Notes: generated by a model from the letters alone, not told the origin. Counted from the stretch's first letter, positions 22,070 to 32,583 are shown. The stretch: 64,000 nt of DNA from an uncultured Phycisphaerales bacterium (GCA_963755915.1 CAVWLP010000003.1:864001-928000); one strand, 5' to 3'. Made by a program: numbers and translations.

Positions 22070-22483
22070 ATGACCGCCGCCATATCCAGTATCTATACCC
22101 CGCGCTATAAGCAGCTCATGCGGCAATTCCCCCTTCGGCCCATCCGCACGAAAAAGGAATCTCAGACCGCAACCGATATCCTCGATAATCTCTTTGGCAT
22201 CGACCACACCGACGAAGGTGAGGCCGCATACGTCTATGTGCTCGCGTGCCTGCTGGAGGATTATGAAAATCAGCACGAGTCGACGCGATCCGAAGCATCG
22301 GGGCTCGACGTTCTTAAGCACCTGATCGAGGAAACCGGTGTCAAACAGGCTGTGATCGCCAAATTGCTCGGTATTCGCCAAAGCGCCGTCTCCATGATCC
22401 TCAGCGGGAACCGACCCATCACCGCCGAACACGCCCGCCGCCTCGGTGAATATTTCTCAGTTAATCCCGGCTTGTTTTTATAG
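22070..22483 (+). CDS. HigA-like XRE HTH antitoxin/regulator (no adjacent toxin)
   Basis: LRPIRT...LLEDYE N-terminus; KQAVIAKLLGIRQSAVSMILSGNRPIT...FSVNPGLF HTH. Confidence 0.8.
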   Translation: MTAAISSIYTPRYKQLMRQFPLRPIRTKKESQTATDILDNLFGIDHTDEGEAAYVYVLACLLEDYENQHESTRSEASGLDVLKHLIEETGVKQAVIAKLLGIRQSAVSMILSGNRPITAEHARRLGEYFSVNPGLFL

Positions 22484-22540
22484 TAAAGTCCAAGCAATTA
22501 TCTCGACAGCGGGCGACAATTTGACGCCAATGCATTTCAG

Positions 22541-23406
22541 ATGACTGCCGCGACGCCAACTCTCCCACCCCCCCTCGGCCTGATCGCCGGCGAGGGGATT
22601 TTCCCTCTCCTGGTTGCACGCGGCGCTCGCGCCGCGGGTGCGGCGTGGTCGCCGCCGCCTTCGGGGGGAGCGCCTGGCCGGAACTGCGCAACGAGGTCGA
22701 CATCTTCAAATGGGTCGGCGTTGTGCGCATGGGGCAGTGGATTCGCGTGCTCAAAGCCGCAGGGTGCTCCGAGGCCATTCTCGTCGGGCGGGTCGCCAAG
22801 GAAAAAATGTACAGCCGGTGGCGATATTTGCGGTATATTCCCGACGTCCGGACTATCCTCATGTGGTCCAAAAATCTCCATCGCGACAAGCGCGATTCCT
22901 CCGTCCTTGGCGCGATCGACCGGGAGCTGGCTTCCGTAGGAATTCATTTGATCGACCAGACCAAATACTGCTCCGAGCACCTAGCCACCCCCGGCGTCAT
23001 GACCCGCATCGCCCCGACAGAACCGCAGTGGGCGGACATCCGCTACGGCTGGGAAATCTGCCAGACCGTCAGCCGGCTGGACATCGGGCAATCGATTGCT
23101 GTCGTCGATAAAAATGTCATCGCCGTCGAAGCTGTCGAAGGAACCAACGGCATGATCGAACGCGCCGGCAAGCTCTGCAAAGTCGGGGGGTGGTCGCTCA
23201 TTAAAGTTTCCAACATCCACCAGGACATGCGCCTCGACGTACCGACGGTGGGCACGACCACCATCGAAAAGCTCCACGCCAACCGGGCCTCGGCCCTGGT
23301 GCTGGAGCCGGGAAAGACCATCATGCTCGAAAAATCCAAAGTCCTGGAACTGGCGGAGCGATACCGGATTGCAATCGTCGGCTACACGCCGGAGATGGGA
23401 CGGTAA
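22541..23406 (+). CDS. lpxI: UDP-2,3-diacylglucosamine diphosphatase LpxI (frameshift near 22645)
   Basis: LGLIAGEGIFP, DIGQSIAV, AVEAVEGT and QDMRLDVPTVG motifs. Confidence 0.9.
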
Positions 23407-23532
23407 ACCCGAATGACGAAATTCGAATTCCGAATCCAGCCCGAAACCCGAATGACGAAACATCCTGTCCGAATCATTCGTCATTTGGTCATTCGGATTT
23501 GATTCGTCATTCTGGTTTCTGGTTTCGGATTT
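23405..23532. repeat. Heptamer-based palindromic repeat, family C; copies at 53937-55460 (interrupted) and 62156-62276
   Basis: cgaatgacgaaa...tcgtcattctggtttc inverted arms (GAATGAC/GAAACC units) between convergent genes. Confidence 0.7.
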
Positions 23533-24859
23533 ACAGTATGAACTGGCTAAGGTCCTCGTCCTTCACCACCTCCGCCAGCCTCTCCCTCACATACGCCGCA
23601 TCAATCCTGATCTTTTTCTCCGGCAAATCCGGCGCATCAAAGCTGATCCCTTCCACCACCCGCTCGATGATCGTATAGAGCCTCCGCGCGCCGATATTCT
23701 GCGCCTTGCGGTTGAGATCAAACGCCATCTGCGCCATCTGCGCGATCGCATCCTCCGTGAATTCGACGCTCAATCCCTCCGTCCCCAGCAATTCCACCTG
23801 CTGCGTCGTCAGGGAATGCTTCGGCTCATGCAAAATCCTCACGAAATCGTCCTTCGTCAAATCCGAAAGCTCCACCCGAATCGGAAACCGCCCCTGAAGC
23901 TCCGGCATCAGATCGCTCGGCTTGCTGCTGTGAAACGCCCCCGCCGCGATGAACAAAATATGATCCGTCTTCACCGGCCCATACTTGGTAATCACCGTCG
24001 ACCCTTCCACGATCGGCAGCAGATCCCTCTGCACCCCCTGTCGCGAAACATCCGGACCATGGGCAGATTCCGTGCCGCAAATCTTGTCGATCTCATCGAG
24101 AAACACGATCCCATTCTGCTCGACGCGCGTTATTGCCGCGGAGTGAATCTTTTCCCGATCGACCAGCTTTTCCGCCTCCTGCGAAAAGAGCACTTTCCGC
24201 GCCTCCCTGACGGTGAGCCGGCGTGATTCCCGCCGGGTCGGCATCATTTTTTCGAGCATCGACTGAAACTCGACATCCATTTCCATCCCCGCCGGCCCCA
24301 GCACGCCAATCCCGCTGCGCTGCTCGATCTGAATCTCGATCTGCCGATCCTCCAGCTCTCCGGCCTTGAGCTGCTCGCGCAGTTTCTCCCGCACCCGAGT
24401 TCGCTTGGCCTTGGCGTCCTCGTCTTCAAAGCCGGTGGTTCTCTCGCCCGGCAGGAGCATATCCAGAATGCGCTCCTCGACCCGCTCAGTCGCCGGCTCT
24501 TTCACGGCCTGGGTCATCTCGTCCCGCACCAGCGATATCGAGGAGTCCAGCAGATCGCGGATCATCGAATCGACATCGCGCCCGTGATACCCCACTTCGG
24601 TAAACTTCGTGGCCTCGACTTTGATAAACGGCGCATTGGTAAGCGACGCGAGCCTGCGGGCGATCTCCGTCTTCCCCACGCCGGTCGGTCCGATCATGAT
24701 GATGTTCTTCGGCGACACATCCTGCCGCAGCCCCTCCGCCAACTGCTGCCGCCGCCACCGATTGCGTATAGCCACGGCGACCGCGCGTTTCGCGTCTCCC
24801 TGGCCGATGATGTACTTGTCCAATTCCGCGACGATCTGACGAGGGGTGAGCGTTTGCAT
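23531..24859 (-). CDS. hslU: ATP-dependent protease ATPase subunit HslU
   Basis: GPTGVGKTEIARR, EATKFTEVGY, DEIDKI, VQRDLLP, ELQGRFPIRV, NIGARRL. Confidence 0.97.
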   Translation of the reverse strand: MQTLTPRQIVAELDKYIIGQGDAKRAVAVAIRNRWRRQQLAEGLRQDVSPKNIIMIGPTGVGKTEIARRLASLTNAPFIKVEATKFTEVGYHGRDVDSMIRDLLDSSISLVRDEMTQAVKEPATERVEERILDMLLPGERTTGFEDEDAKAKRTRVREKLREQLKAGELEDRQIEIQIEQRSGIGVLGPAGMEMDVEFQSMLEKMMPTRRESRRLTVREARKVLFSQEAEKLVDREKIHSAAITRVEQNGIVFLDEIDKICGTESAHGPDVSRQGVQRDLLPIVEGSTVITKYGPVKTDHILFIAAGAFHSSKPSDLMPELQGRFPIRVELSDLTKDDFVRILHEPKHSLTTQQVELLGTEGLSVEFTEDAIAQMAQMAFDLNRKAQNIGARRLYTIIERVVEGISFDAPDLPEKKIRIDAAYVRERLAEVVKDEDLSQFIL

Positions 24860-24957
24860 AAAGACCCAGATTGTAGCCTCGGCACTTGCAACTGTTTACT
24901 ATCCACAAACCGATTCACCGCCCGCTTCGCTGGAGAGCGCTGAGATAACATCCTTTT

Positions 24958-25040
24958 TTTTCTTGGCGCTCTTGGCGTCTTGAGCGAAGCGGGCGGTTAT
25001 AAGATTTTTAACCGCCAAGACGCCAAGAGCGCCAAGAAAA
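24958..25040. repeat. Palindromic repeat, family A; copies at 27380-27459 and split at 29579-29640/31125-31143
   Basis: Near-identical ~80-bp copies (tcttggcg...gcgaagcgggcggttataag...ccgccaaga) with 9-mer ttggcg(c/t)tc units in inverted arms. Confidence 0.88.
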
Positions 25041-25113
25041 ACTAGAATTTCATCTCCGCGTTCTCTCCGGTGAAACGATCCCATTCTGGTGCAGAAGCAG
25101 TTATAATTAGCTT

Positions 25114-25356
25114 ATGCCCGCAACTGAAGAAGAACTCCGCAAAGTGCTGAAAGCATTCAAAAAGCGTCTGAAGCTTACCCGGCTCGACGACGACTCCCGC
25201 ATCGGGCACGGCCCCCTCAGCGGCACCGGAAAAGTCCAGACTGTCTCCATCCAACCCCCCGTAGGCTTCGGAAAGGAAATCTGGGAGGAACTAGCCGAGA
25301 AGGGGTATCTCAAACGCGACACAACCGGCTTCTACGAACTCGGCGAAAGACAATGA
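25114..25356 (+). CDS. Small hypothetical protein (80 aa)
   Basis: Compact ORF with host-like codon usage; C-terminal WEELAEKGYLKR...GFYEL resembles a winged helix. Confidence 0.65.
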   Translation: MPATEEELRKVLKAFKKRLKLTRLDDDSRIGHGPLSGTGKVQTVSIQPPVGFGKEIWEELAEKGYLKRDTTGFYELGERQ

Positions 25357-25466
25357 TCACTGGGCCTCCGGCCCGACGGCCTCCAGCCGATGCGGAGTAC
25401 CGCTCCTCGCCTCCGGCTGCGGTTTGGCATTCTGCATTTCTCCCCTCTTCACACTAATATATCCCC

Positions 25467-26669
25467 ATGGGGCTGACCCACACTGTCCACCAATCCTTTT
25501 CCTCCATCCCCGCCGCCCAATGGCAATCCCTTACCGCGGGCAACAGCGAGCTCGCCTTCGACCCCCGTCTTCTCGGCGCGATGGAATCCAATCTCCGCGA
25601 CTATCCCTTTTTCTCCATCGTCATTCACGACGACGCCGCTTCGGCTTCTGCCGCTGCCGTCGCCTTCACCTGGCTCTTCCCTATTGATCTCAAGCAATTC
25701 GCCTGGATGCGCTGGCTGACCAGGCTGCCTCTTGGCCCCTTGCACAACTTGCTTCGCTTCAACATTCTCTTTTGCGGCCTGCCTCTGCCCGCGGGGAAAA
25801 ATCAGCTCCTCATCGCCTCCGATGCCGACCATCCCGCCGTCATTGCCGAGGTGAATCGCGCCCTGCGCCTCCTGGCCAAACGGCAAAAGGCGAGCGTTAT
25901 CGTCATCAAGGAATTCACCGGCCCCCAGTGCGAGCAATTGAAAGACTTTTCCGACGCTGGCTTCCTCAAATGCCAGATCCCGCCGCTCCACTCGCTTTCC
26001 AGGCCATTCACCAGCTTCCAGGATTACCTGGGCTCCCTGCGTTCGCGGTATCGGGCTGAGATTAACCGCTCGATCAAGAAATTCACTGCCGCGGGATTCC
26101 GGGTTGAGCAGGTCTACGGCCCGGATCGCCTTTGCGAAGTCCTGACGGATGACGCCCATAAGCTTTACTGCGCGGTTCGGGACCGCTCGAAATACAAGCT
26201 CGAATTTTTGTCGGCGGATTTCCTGCGGGATCTCGGCCGGCGATTCGGCGCGGATGCGTCGCTCACCTGCATCTATCTTGGCGAGCGGCTCGCCGGCTTC
26301 ACCCTTGGGATCATGCACAACGGCGGCTACTACAACATGAATTCCGGACTCGATTACGAGCTGAATCCGCTCGGCGACGTTTATTTCAACCTCTTCTACA
26401 ACGATTTGGATTTCGCCTGGAAGCGCGGGGCAAAACAGATCGACCTGGGCCTGACCTCCGACGATTTCAAATCGCGGCTGGGGACGGAAATCGAGCCGCT
26501 GTATCTGTTTATCGACGCCCGGCACTGGCTGATCAGCCGGGGGCTGAAAATCTCCTCTGCCTGGTCTTTGCCGCCGCTGGAGGCGGTCGAGCCGCATGAT
26601 GTGTTCAAAAACGTGCAGCCGGAGAAGCCGGGGCGGAAAAAATCGGGGGTTTCGGAGAAGATTTCCTGA
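25467..26669 (+). CDS. GNAT-superfamily (FemAB-like) acyltransferase
   Basis: SFQDYLGSLRSRYRAEI, GLDYE, YFNLFY, IDLGLTSDDFKSRLG. Confidence 0.8.
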   Translation: MGLTHTVHQSFSSIPAAQWQSLTAGNSELAFDPRLLGAMESNLRDYPFFSIVIHDDAASASAAAVAFTWLFPIDLKQFAWMRWLTRLPLGPLHNLLRFNILFCGLPLPAGKNQLLIASDADHPAVIAEVNRALRLLAKRQKASVIVIKEFTGPQCEQLKDFSDAGFLKCQIPPLHSLSRPFTSFQDYLGSLRSRYRAEINRSIKKFTAAGFRVEQVYGPDRLCEVLTDDAHKLYCAVRDRSKYKLEFLSADFLRDLGRRFGADASLTCIYLGERLAGFTLGIMHNGGYYNMNSGLDYELNPLGDVYFNLFYNDLDFAWKRGAKQIDLGLTSDDFKSRLGTEIEPLYLFIDARHWLISRGLKISSAWSLPPLEAVEPHDVFKNVQPEKPGRKKSGVSEKIS

Positions 26670-27080
26670 GGCGATACTGCCGGCTGGATTTCGCCGATTG
26701 CGACGATAGATGGAGCGCGGTGGAATTCACGGGAAGTTAGTGGGTGTGAACACATTGTTTGGGCGTTGTGGCGGGGGGTTTCGTTACCGTTGACACGTTC
26801 GAAGAATTTGAAAAAAGGGTGGGAGGGGTGTACGCGTTTTTTCGCGGATTGCGACAGGGGGTGGAGGGGGAGTCTGGGCGCCGGGGGAGCGTAGAATGAG
26901 ATGGTGGGAGGAGGTTTCATATTGGATGACTGGAAAGATTGAGAGAGGGCCAGCGTCCTTAAAAGCGATGCCTCTATATACAGGTCCAAAAGGTGTACGT
27001 TTTGTACCTATTTTTTGGTGAGGTCGAAAAAAAAATTTGAAATTGGCGTGGGCGAGGCGATCGAGTTGACGAGGTGAGCC

Positions 27081-27368
27081 ATGAATCCGAATGAAACGGC
27101 CAGGCGTGGTTTTCTTTTTGGGGACATCCGCAGCCATTTCTGGATGTACTTCAAGGCGTTTTTGATGCTGGTGGCCGGGGTGATGGCGTCTATTCTGATC
27201 CTCATTGATCATCCTGCCATTCGCACTGCCGTGTTGCTCGCGGTGGCGATCTGGGGGTTTTGCCGGGCTTATTATTTTGCGTTTTATGTGGTGGAGCGTT
27301 ACGTCGACCCTACGTTTCGATTTAGCGGGCTGATGGCGTTTTTGTGGTATGTTGCTAAGAAAACTTAA
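27081..27368 (+). CDS. Small membrane protein
   Basis: GAGGTG RBS; 2-3 TM helices; RAYYFAFYVVERYVDP motif. Confidence 0.65.
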   Translation: MNPNETARRGFLFGDIRSHFWMYFKAFLMLVAGVMASILILIDHPAIRTAVLLAVAIWGFCRAYYFAFYVVERYVDPTFRFSGLMAFLWYVAKKT

Positions 27369-27503
27369 ATCCGTTGACTTTCTTGGCGCTCTTGGCGTCT
27401 TGAGCGAAGCGGGCGGTTATAAGATTTTTAAACCGCCAAGATGCCAAGAGCGCCAAGAATTCAGAGGCGAAATTTATTTGGTGACTCGGATCCGCAAGTT
27501 CCC

Positions 27504-28683
27504 TCAGACAATAATCAGCGGCACCAGCATTTCTCCGGCTGTCAGTCCCGCATGCGTCCCGAGAAACGGCGCACGCTTCGGCGTTTGGTAGGCATAACGC
27601 AGAAATGTTGGTTCCGATGCAATCCCTAGAAACTGCCCTAAACGCCGGCGCAAAAGCGCTCATCGGCTCGGGGCCGAAGAGGCGCAGATCGTCCGCCTCA
27701 TCCGGCGTAATCAGCGCGAACCATCTGCCGAATTGCTCGCGGAACATCGACGCAAATTCCGGCTCACGGCCGGCGCGGACGTGAAACATTGGTACTGTGG
27801 GCTCGCCGCAGGGGCGCACTTGAGGAGTGACATGATCGGCTCGTCGTGCCGCAGCACGATCCGCTGGTGTGGCGGCAAGGCGACGTGGCCATGGTCGGCG
27901 CTTACGATGATCCGCACACGATCGCCGACTTGGCACGCAAATTTTTCGAGGCCGCGGTCGATTTGTTTGAGCAGATCTGCGATCCACTGGTCTGCCACGC
28001 CGAGCTCGTGGCAAAGGTTGTCGAGCTGAGGCAGATAGACTTGGGTAAACGTCTCTTGCTTTGCCGCCTGCACGCGATCCAGGACCCGATCGAACGCCTC
28101 ATCGACAGTTGAATATCCGATTCGCGGGCGTCCGCCGCTGGAATAGTTCGAATAGGCGGAATCGATGAACGGCGTTACGATTGCCACGTCGCACGGGATC
28201 GCGGTGAGAATCGGGGGCGTCGTGCCGAACATCGATGCGGGGGGAACCCCCAGGGAGGCCAGATCCTTTTCCGAAAACCGTTCGACAAACATGAGGCTTA
28301 CGCCGACCAGGTCGTGCTCTTCGAGATAAATCCACCAGCCGAGAACGCCATGCTCGGCGGGATAGCGGCCGGTGGCGTAGGAGGTCATGGCCGCGCCGGT
28401 GGTTGAAAGAAAGACCGCCTCCAATTCGCCGACGGTGTGCTTGGCGAGAAATCCACTTGGGCACTGACTGCGGAGCAATTCGGATCCCAGGCCATCGACG
28501 ATGACAAAAACGTAATGCTCGGTGGGTTGAATGGAATATCGGAGCCGCTCGGGACGCGCCGGCTTTCCGCCGGACAGAGCGACGAGCGTGTTGATGAGAT
28601 CGACCGTGGTGTTCATCCCCCCGGCGCGGCTTGATCAGTTTCCCTTCCTTAAACCAGCCGCGGATATGTTCGACATCGGACAT
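27504..28683 (-). CDS. Alkaline phosphatase superfamily / nucleotide pyrophosphatase-phosphodiesterase (several frameshifts)
   Basis: VDGLG, STTGAAMTS, LDNLCH and SADHGH motifs, plus terminal GTHAGLTAGEMLVP in a shifted frame (TGA at 27504). Confidence 0.8.
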
Positions 28684-28789
28684 TCGACATGCTTTTACCC
28701 GCTTGGGTCCTGTCGTCGCAATCGCCGTGGAAAGCCAAGGGTGCAGGACCGCCCTGTCCCTATCATTTCACCGCATTGCTTGATAGGCG

Positions 28790-28817
28790 TTGACCTATAA
28801 AGGTTAAAGCCTATAAT
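28790..28817 (+). promoter_or_regulatory. Sigma70-like promoter of the TA operon with operator-like repeats
   Basis: TTGACC-16 bp-TATAAT; cctataa occurs twice and an acct/aggt palindrome overlaps the spacer. Confidence 0.55.
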
Positions 28818-28826
28818 CTTTTATGA

Positions 28827-29184
28827 ATGTGGGAGGTGGAATATACGGACGAATTCGGCCAGTGGTGGGATGCACTGACTGACGCCCAACGAGTCGCGGT
28901 CGCGCGGAGCGTCGAGTTGCTTAAGAAGTTGGGCCCGGCATTGCCCAGGCCGCACGCCGATACGGTGAAGGGCTCGCGGCACCCTAATATGAAGGAACTT
29001 CGCTGCCAATGCGGCGGCAAACCCCTTCGAACATTCTTTGCCTTCGATCCTCGCCGATCTGCAATATTGCTCATCGGCGGCGACAAGACGGGCGATCGCC
29101 GCTTCTACAAGCGAATGATCCCCATTGCCGATGACCTTTATGACACTCATCTGTCCGAACTTCGAAAAGGAAGGGTTGATGTGA
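28827..29184 (+). CDS. Type II toxin, RelE/ParE (HigB/Gp49-like)
   Basis: MWEVEYTDEF, GPALPRPHADTVKGS, MKELR, FAFDPRR, LLIGGDK. The natural stop is probably TGA 29182-29184, after a 1-nt slip in AAAA. Confidence 0.88.
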
Positions 29185-29522
29185 TGGCCGGCCACCACAA
29201 ATTCAGCGAACTTCGGGCGCGGATGTCCGCCAAGTCCCGTGCCCGCGCCGGCACGGCGCAAGAGGATATGTCCAAAATGCTCCTGGCCGAAATCCGTAAG
29301 CTTGCCGGGCTGACACAGGAGCAGCTCGCGGCCCAGCTTGGTGTGAAGCAGCCGAGCCTTTCACAACTCGAATCGCAGCAGGACATGCAGATCAGCACCC
29401 TCAAGCGGATTGTCGAGGCGCTCGGCGGTGGATTGGAAATCGTCGTCACCCTCCCCGGCAGGCGTATCTCCCTGAGCCAATTCAAGGATGGCCGGGGACG
29501 CAGACGCAGCAGCGCGGCTTAG
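29184..29522 (+). CDS. XRE HTH antitoxin (HigA-like)
   Basis: LAEIRKLAGLTQEQLAAQLGVKQPSLSQLE...ISTLKRIVEALGG. Confidence 0.88.
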   Translation: MAGHHKFSELRARMSAKSRARAGTAQEDMSKMLLAEIRKLAGLTQEQLAAQLGVKQPSLSQLESQQDMQISTLKRIVEALGGGLEIVVTLPGRRISLSQFKDGRGRRRSSAA

Positions 29523-29751
29523 TTGTGTCGGGGAAACTGAGGACAGAACCCTCCATTTGACTCATGCGTCTTTTGCATTTCTTGGCACTCTTGGCGTCTT
29601 GAGCGAAGCGGGCGGTTATAAGATTTTTTAACCGCCAAGAAACTATGAAGCCGAGCCTTTCTCGGGACGTGAACGGGGTCAAAATGCCCCAAGTATGAAC
29701 GAGCGTACCGCGTAGGTCGCTCAAACGTCTTTTTTGAGAAAGGACTCGGCA

Positions 29752-30795
29752 ATGCGAATTCTCGCTTTGGACCTGGGAAAGAACAAGAGCGTTTTTGTGG
29801 ATTATGTCACCGGCGGTGGAGAAAGAACGTTCGGCAAGATCGGCACCAATGCCCACGAGGTGCAAAAACTACTCGAGCGGGTGCGTCCGGATCGACTGGT
29901 CATCGAGGCCGGTCCGGCGGCAGGATGGGTTTGTGATCTGGCGGAGCGGAACAATGTTCCCGTCCAGGTGGCCAATGGCAACGATGAACGCTGGCGCTGG
30001 AAGACGGTGAAGGAGAAGAGTGATCGTAAAGACGCGCTGAAGATGGCGGCGATGTCGGAGATGGATTCGCTGCCGACGGTGCACGTGCCCAAGGCATCGG
30101 TTCGGCAGTGGCGTTCATTGATTGAATACAGACACGGCCTGGTGGATCGCCGCACGGCGCTCAAGAACTCGATCCGATCAATCTACGAGCGGCAGGGTTT
30201 GTATTTGCCCTCGGCGACCAAGGCGTGGACGAAAGCGCGACTGGAGGAAATGAGGAAGGAAGCAGCGGCCGCATCGGCGGAAGATCTGTGGCTGTTTCAG
30301 ATCGGTTGTGAGGTGGCGCAACTGGAGCACCTGGAGAAGCAGATCGAAACTGTCGAAAGCAAGCTTCAGGAGTTGGGCCAGGCCAACAAAGCGGTGAAAC
30401 GATTGCAGGAGGTGCCCGGCGTTGGTCCGCGGCTGAGCGAGGCGGTGGCGGTGATCATTGATGATCCCAGGCGATTCAAGAATGCACGTCAGGTGGGATG
30501 TTACGTGGGTCTGACGCCGCGGCGCTGGCAGAGCGGCGACAGCGATCGCCAGGGGCGGATCAGCAAGGCAGGCAACGCGCTGCTGCGGGAGTTGCTGGTG
30601 GAGGTGGCGTGGCTGGGGGTTCATCGCAATACGTGGATGAAGGACGTGTACGAGAGGGTTCTACGTGACAGCGAGAAGCGCAAGAAGATCGCGATTGTTG
30701 CGGTAGCCAGGAGATTACTGGTGAAGCTGTGGGCGATGCTGCGGGACGGAACCCGATGGAGAGAACCCCAGCGATCGCTGACGGCGGCCACTTGA
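29752..30795 (+). CDS. IS110-family recombinase (DEDD)
   Basis: ALDLGK, VIEAG, KSDRKDA, VPGVG, GLTP...QSG, GRISKAGN, AVARR. Confidence 0.95.
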   Translation: MRILALDLGKNKSVFVDYVTGGGERTFGKIGTNAHEVQKLLERVRPDRLVIEAGPAAGWVCDLAERNNVPVQVANGNDERWRWKTVKEKSDRKDALKMAAMSEMDSLPTVHVPKASVRQWRSLIEYRHGLVDRRTALKNSIRSIYERQGLYLPSATKAWTKARLEEMRKEAAAASAEDLWLFQIGCEVAQLEHLEKQIETVESKLQELGQANKAVKRLQEVPGVGPRLSEAVAVIIDDPRRFKNARQVGCYVGLTPRRWQSGDSDRQGRISKAGNALLRELLVEVAWLGVHRNTWMKDVYERVLRDSEKRKKIAIVAVARRLLVKLWAMLRDGTRWREPQRSLTAAT

Positions 30796-30949
30796 AAATC
30801 GAAAAGGCGATGACTGTCCCGACAAGTCGGTACAGGCGATGGAGTATCTCCCCTCCGGAAGACACCGTGTCAGAAAGCCGTTGTCTTCTGTGCAGGGGAT
30901 TGAGTAGAGTTGAAGTGAAGTGGAATTGACGCGTTCGTGCAGGTTGAAT

Positions 30950-31100
30950 GAGCAAGGCCAGACCCCGGTTGGCGTCTTAAGCTTCAAAGCTTGCCGCTAA
31001 GAATAGGGCTGGCCATTTGTACAGTTGAATAGGCCCGCCGCCAGGCGAGAGCACTGAATAGAAGGCTCACCCAATCGACCGCATGAGCGATCAACGCCCC
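30950..31100 (+). ncRNA. Putative bridge/seek RNA of IS110 #1
   Basis: Stem-enclosed guides ttggcgtctt and ccgctaaga match the insertion target; atagaag matches the donor end. Boundaries approximate. Confidence 0.75.
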
Positions 31101-31211
31101 TTGACAAGGCTCGGCTCATAGAAGACGCCAAGAGCGCCAAGAATTCAGAAGCCATTCAACTCATTGGTTTTAAATCTCTGCGCTCTTTGCGGTGTCCAGC
31201 GCAGCGGGCGG

Positions 31212-31766
31212 TTAAACTTCGCCGGCGGCGGACTCCTGCTCTTTGCCTTTGGGGACAAAATCAAATTGGTATTTTTCTCCGAGGTGCTCGCGGGTCATGT
31301 GGATGATTTCCTGGGTGTGGCCGCGGAAGTGGGAGATGGTGTTGGTGATGGCGGCGAGGACGGTGGTGTCAAAGCCCTGGATTCTTCGGGCGGAAATAAG
31401 GTCTGTGGCGGTGAGGCGGGAGAGGATTTGGTCGGCTTCGATTACGGTTGATTGGAGGAGGGCGAGGATCTCGGTTTTGGGGCGGTTGGAACGGTCGGAA
31501 AATTCCTGGGGGCGATTGCGGATGTCCTTTTGGTTGCCGACGCCGGCGATGAGCCATTGGCGGAGGTTGCCGGAAAGGTGGAGGCAGAGGTTGGCGATGC
31601 TGTTCATCTCGGGGCGGGGGCGGTGCCAGAATTGCTCTTCATTGAGTTGGGAGGCGCAGTGGTCGATTTTCTGCAAGCCTTCGGAAAGGGTTTCGCGCAT
31701 GGCCGCTTTAAACGAGCGGCAGAGTTCATTGACTGCTATAGAATCTGGGGTTTTTGCATCACTCAT
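31212..31766 (-). CDS. DinB/DUF1572 family protein
   Basis: NSIANLCLHLSGNLRQW, RNRPQEF, HFRGHTQEI. Confidence 0.85.
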   Translation of the reverse strand: MSDAKTPDSIAVNELCRSFKAAMRETLSEGLQKIDHCASQLNEEQFWHRPRPEMNSIANLCLHLSGNLRQWLIAGVGNQKDIRNRPQEFSDRSNRPKTEILALLQSTVIEADQILSRLTATDLISARRIQGFDTTVLAAITNTISHFRGHTQEIIHMTREHLGEKYQFDFVPKGKEQESAAGEV

Positions 31767-32070
31767 GATGATTTCTGTCTCAGGTCGGGCCTCAGCGGGA
31801 TAGCCTCACGGCGCTAGACGTTTGTTTTCGGGCGCAAATCGGCGCATGTTTTAAAGCAAAGGGAAGGGCAAATGCAATGCAGAGCAGTGACGCCGACCTG
31901 CTTTTTTAGATAGTGCCGAAAGATTCACGGTTGCGGCACGAATACTATGGCGATAGCGTGGATTCACGGATCGCCGGCCGAATTTTTGATTGGCTCAAGG
32001 CTCACTTCGGCCAGGAGAAGGTCTTCATGGACGCCGACGGAAACAACCAAATCGTACAAGGAGACAGATC

Positions 32071-32472
32071 ATGAAGAGGGAAATTATCCGCGTGGAACCG
32101 TTTGACAGCAATTTCGAGAAATGGGGTGCGCCGGTCTCGACCTGCACTCGCGCGGGCGACATGATCTTCATCTCTGGTCTGCCGCCATTTGATCCCAAGA
32201 CCGGAGAATTTCTCGTTAACGCGCCTTTCGAACAGCAGGCCGAACGCATCCTGGAACAGTTGAAGACGGCACTTGAGGCGGCGGGATCCGACCTCGAGCA
32301 TGTCATGAAGATCAACGTACTGTGTGTAAGCCCGGAGCGTTTCAAGGCATTCAACGAAATTTACAAGCGCTACTTTCCCAGCAATCCGCCAGCCCGCATT
32401 TTCTTCTGTGTGCCGGTATGGACGGGCCCGTTTGATATTGAAATCGACTGCATCGCGGTCCGGAAAGACTAG
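32071..32472 (+). CDS. RidA/YjgF family protein
   Basis: AAGGAG RBS; IFISG, FNEIYKRYF, PPAR, IEIDCIA. Confidence 0.88.
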   Translation: MKREIIRVEPFDSNFEKWGAPVSTCTRAGDMIFISGLPPFDPKTGEFLVNAPFEQQAERILEQLKTALEAAGSDLEHVMKINVLCVSPERFKAFNEIYKRYFPSNPPARIFFCVPVWTGPFDIEIDCIAVRKD

Positions 32473-32499
32473 GCCCGTGGCGCTCCCCGACATGAGCAA

Positions 32500-32583
32500 G
32501 CGCTTCCCTTCGGGTCGCGGCTAAACAATTAGGGGGATTTTACCTTCCGGGGTCGCGCTCCCCTGCGGGTCGCGGCTAAACAA
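32500..32583. repeat. Short REP-like repeat, family E, two tandem copies; a third at 48118-48143
   Basis: Recurrence of the ~26-mer cgctcccc(t)tcgggtcgcggctaaac. Confidence 0.65.

Larger units (their letters stand above)
29640..31124 (+). mobile_element. IS110-family (IS1111-type) insertion sequence #1
   Basis: Sub-terminal IRs ctatgaagccgagcctt (29643-29659) and aaggctcggctcatag (31106-31121). Removal restores a family-A repeat matching 25011-25038. Long 3' non-coding region. Confidence 0.92.

Noticed and set aside
28827-29522. Apparent 231-aa toxin-antitoxin fusion protein
   Set aside because: Removing one A from AAAA (about 29165) gives ...LRKEGLM* with a canonical TGATG overlap. Given the window-wide indels, this is probably an artefact.
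31021-31026. acagtt as the right donor guide of IS110 #1
   Set aside because: The match is short, and gtt also occurs at this position in element #2, which has a different donor. It may be scaffold, so it is not claimed.
23405-31143. CRISPR array
   Set aside because: The repeats are dispersed palindromes without regular unique spacers, and no cas genes are present.
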